Of a stretch of DNA of 64,000 nucleotides, positions 61,776-64,000 are shown one piece after another (within the stretch, counting starts at the first letter, position 1; each line of letters begins with the position of its first letter). The stretch is taken from positions 2,232,001-2,296,000 of the forward strand of contig JAUPSS010000001.1 in NCBI GenBank assembly GCA_040285825.1, read 5' to 3'. Position numbers and translations under genes: made by a program. The notes under the pieces are model-generated. The model was not told where the DNA came from. It saw only the letters and a list, made by a program, of their open reading frames with translations, and ran no database searches. This stretch comes from Eukaryota sp. TZLM1-RC (lineage: Eukaryota; Protista; Metamonada: BaSk clade).

Positions 61776-63250
61776 TGTTGCCGTTAGGCATATAAGCTAG
61801 CGGAACTTGGGTTAGTGTGTTAGTTGAGGAGGGTTAGGATAAAGATAATTTTATTTAATGTTATTCTATATACTTAGCTACTCCCTAGTGAGATACCGAC
61901 ACTTCCTTCTCCCGTTTTCGTAGTTAAATTTTTAACAGTTGTTATTCCTCTTCCTTAGAGGATAACACTTTTGCTGAGGGACAGGGAGAGCTCGAGCTGC
62001 GTTGTTGGATTCAATGGATTTACGTTTTCTTTTATTAGGTTTCTTAGCAAATCGTTGATACGCTTCTGAGTATCTGATGGAATGGATTATTTTTCGGTGA
62101 TATCTCCACCAAACCATCTCACAGTAGAGAAAGGTGCTTGAGCAGTATTATACTCGTCAACAATTTCTTCGATGACATGTTTACCTGAATCAGTAATTGC
62201 AATCGCCCTAAGCAAATCACCATCGTGAGGATCGTCAGCGTTATAAATTTTACAATTCCTCCTAGGTACTTCTTTTTTGCCAGTCGTCAGGTTTGTTATT
62301 AATCAAATGGAATTGAAAAGGTTCAGTACAAACATATATGGACCTAACCAAGATACATGTAATTTATAAGGTTGTTTAGTCTTTTAAAGAATATAGTCAC
62401 CAAAATTGAATGTGTTTCATTTGTGTTTTTAGGTGACTGGGTGTTTAATAATTGGTGATGCTTTGCTTCTTCTCTTTTCTTTTGAAGGGAATCATTCTTA
62501 AATTTGAGGTCTTGCAAAAGTGGCACGTTGGATTCAAAATCGGAATACCTGTCAGGATGTTAGGATCTGATCTTGGGCTGAAAGATCACCCAAACATCTG
62601 CTCGTATGGAGTATGATTTGTGATTCTGCTTTTGGTCGAATTTATCAATAATTGAATTATTGGTACATGTGTGGACCATCGTTGTAGTCTATTAATAATG
62701 TTTTTATACATTGAATCACATCTCCATGTATTCTTTCTTCCAATCGATCATCTTTCAGAGTGATAGGGAATTGAATTTGAAATTTCAATTGACATTCTTT
62801 GGCAAAGCAATTTAAATACTTCGTTGGCAAACTAGGAACCATGACCGCTATGAATAGACATGTGCATGCCAAATATTGCGCAGACATTCCATATCAAAGC
62901 ATCTGCATCATCTAACGAATTGAGCTTTTTAAAGGTACGAGTATACCTCGTAAGTGAATCGACAAAAACTAATAAATATTTTTATCATTGTTGTCTTTAT
63001 TTAGTGATCTCTTTGTATTTACGTCCAATTTTGGGAAATCGTGGTTAGCCCACAAGGAACCAGTCGAGGAAGTTTTTGATTGCTTTACTGGTGCTGTTTT
63101 CTGGCAAGTAGGACAACGTTCTATATATTTAATGAGATCATTTCTCATGTTTGGCCACTAGAAATCACTTTCGAAAAGTTTTTGAAGTCTTTCGTTTTTG
63201 TTTGAGTGGCCTGATTGGGTTAATCCATGTATTAGGTTAATTGTCGTTTT
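61776..63250 (-). mobile_element. 3' part of decayed Ty3/gypsy element (integrase, basic tail, PPT, 126-bp 3' LTR at 61776-61901)
   Basis: IHG..SGH..WPNMRNDL..CPTCQK H2C2; PPT GGGAGAAGGAAG at 61902-61913; LTR TGTCGG...GGCAACA. Confidence 0.8.
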
Positions 63251-63289
63251 CCTTAGATTGGTCTATTTTTTAAAATATGAAATTTATTT

Positions 63290-63790
63290 TCAACGCTAAC
63301 AAAACATTAAACAAACAAACTAGAAACCAATATCCTCAATACACGCATCAACATCATCAAATCTTTTAAGCGCGCGATTTTCATACTCTATTCCTAATTA
63401 ATTATTTTGTCAACATTTCTGGAATTGCTTTAAGAATACTAAAAACAATTCTATTGTGGCAGAAAATGAAGTTCAATTCTTTTCCTGCTCTTTCTTTTAT
63501 TAAACTTCTGAACCCTTCAAGAAATTTAATGCCAGATATTCCAATGTTACCAAAAAGAGAAACAGCAAATGGAACCAGCTGATACTTGACGTGCTCAACA
63601 CGTCCTAGTTGAGATAAGGGTTCATTGTACTTTGTGATTTTTCTCTTTTCAGCAAAGCAAAGTGGAGTTTCATCTTTTTTAGCAAAATCAATTGCTGAGT
63701 CTTTACAAACATCAACAGTGACAACATCAACAACATTGATTACACCATCAGACCGAATTAAATCAGCACGGATTTTCTGTTTTTGTCATG
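63290..63790 (-). mobile_element. Decayed 3' fragment of RLE non-LTR element (family C-related)
   Basis: RADLI..DGVINVVDVVTVDVCK..AEKRKITKY..LVPFAVSLFGNIG; colinear with 49260-49725. Confidence 0.85.
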
Positions 63791-64000
63791 TTTCTTATGA
63801 CTGATCGTTGGTTCTTGCCTGAAGTTCTAAAACCTGAGGCTGCTTGGATTTGAGGTTCATCTCCTAGATTGCATAAATCACTTTTTAGGCTGTTTATATT
63901 CAAATAATTGTCCAATTGATATAATCACAGAAAAAGAGTGGGTTTGAGAGGGTTGCTTGAACTGTACTTGCCTATTTACGAGTTGAATATGTAGGGCTCA

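Noticed and set aside
1-64000. Stop-codon reassignment explaining the many in-frame stops
   Set aside because: Intact genes end in TAA, TAG and TGA; internal stops occur alongside frameshifts in decayed elements.

Overview
AT-rich, intron-poor eukaryotic DNA, probably from a flagellated protist (inferred from a CFAP97D-like gene, ERV46 and a tiny GTATGT...TAG intron). The standard genetic code fits. Host genes: CFAP97D-like, ERV46/ERGIC3, an RCC1+LRR protein and a decayed paralogue, a multi-TM alkaline-phosphatase-superfamily protein, a giant ~8,720-aa surface protein, a USP20/33-like deubiquitinase and a secreted FG-GAP protein. The giant gene's signal peptide appears to sit on a separate exon behind a 26-nt intron. 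Intergenic space is full of retroelement debris: at least four families of RLE-type (CRE/SLACS-like) non-LTR elements, several Ty3/gypsy relics, and one complete 1.1-kb gag-only LTR element with TSD. Best leads: (1) an internally deleted Fanzor1/TnpB-like locus at ~15440-16320 that keeps a multi-hairpin candidate omega-RNA, directly upstream of a host gene; (2) two different LTR families that share a palindromic 20-mer where a tRNA primer-binding site should be; (3) the giant beta-solenoid/Pmp-like membrane protein. All family calls come from motif recognition by eye; no searches were run.
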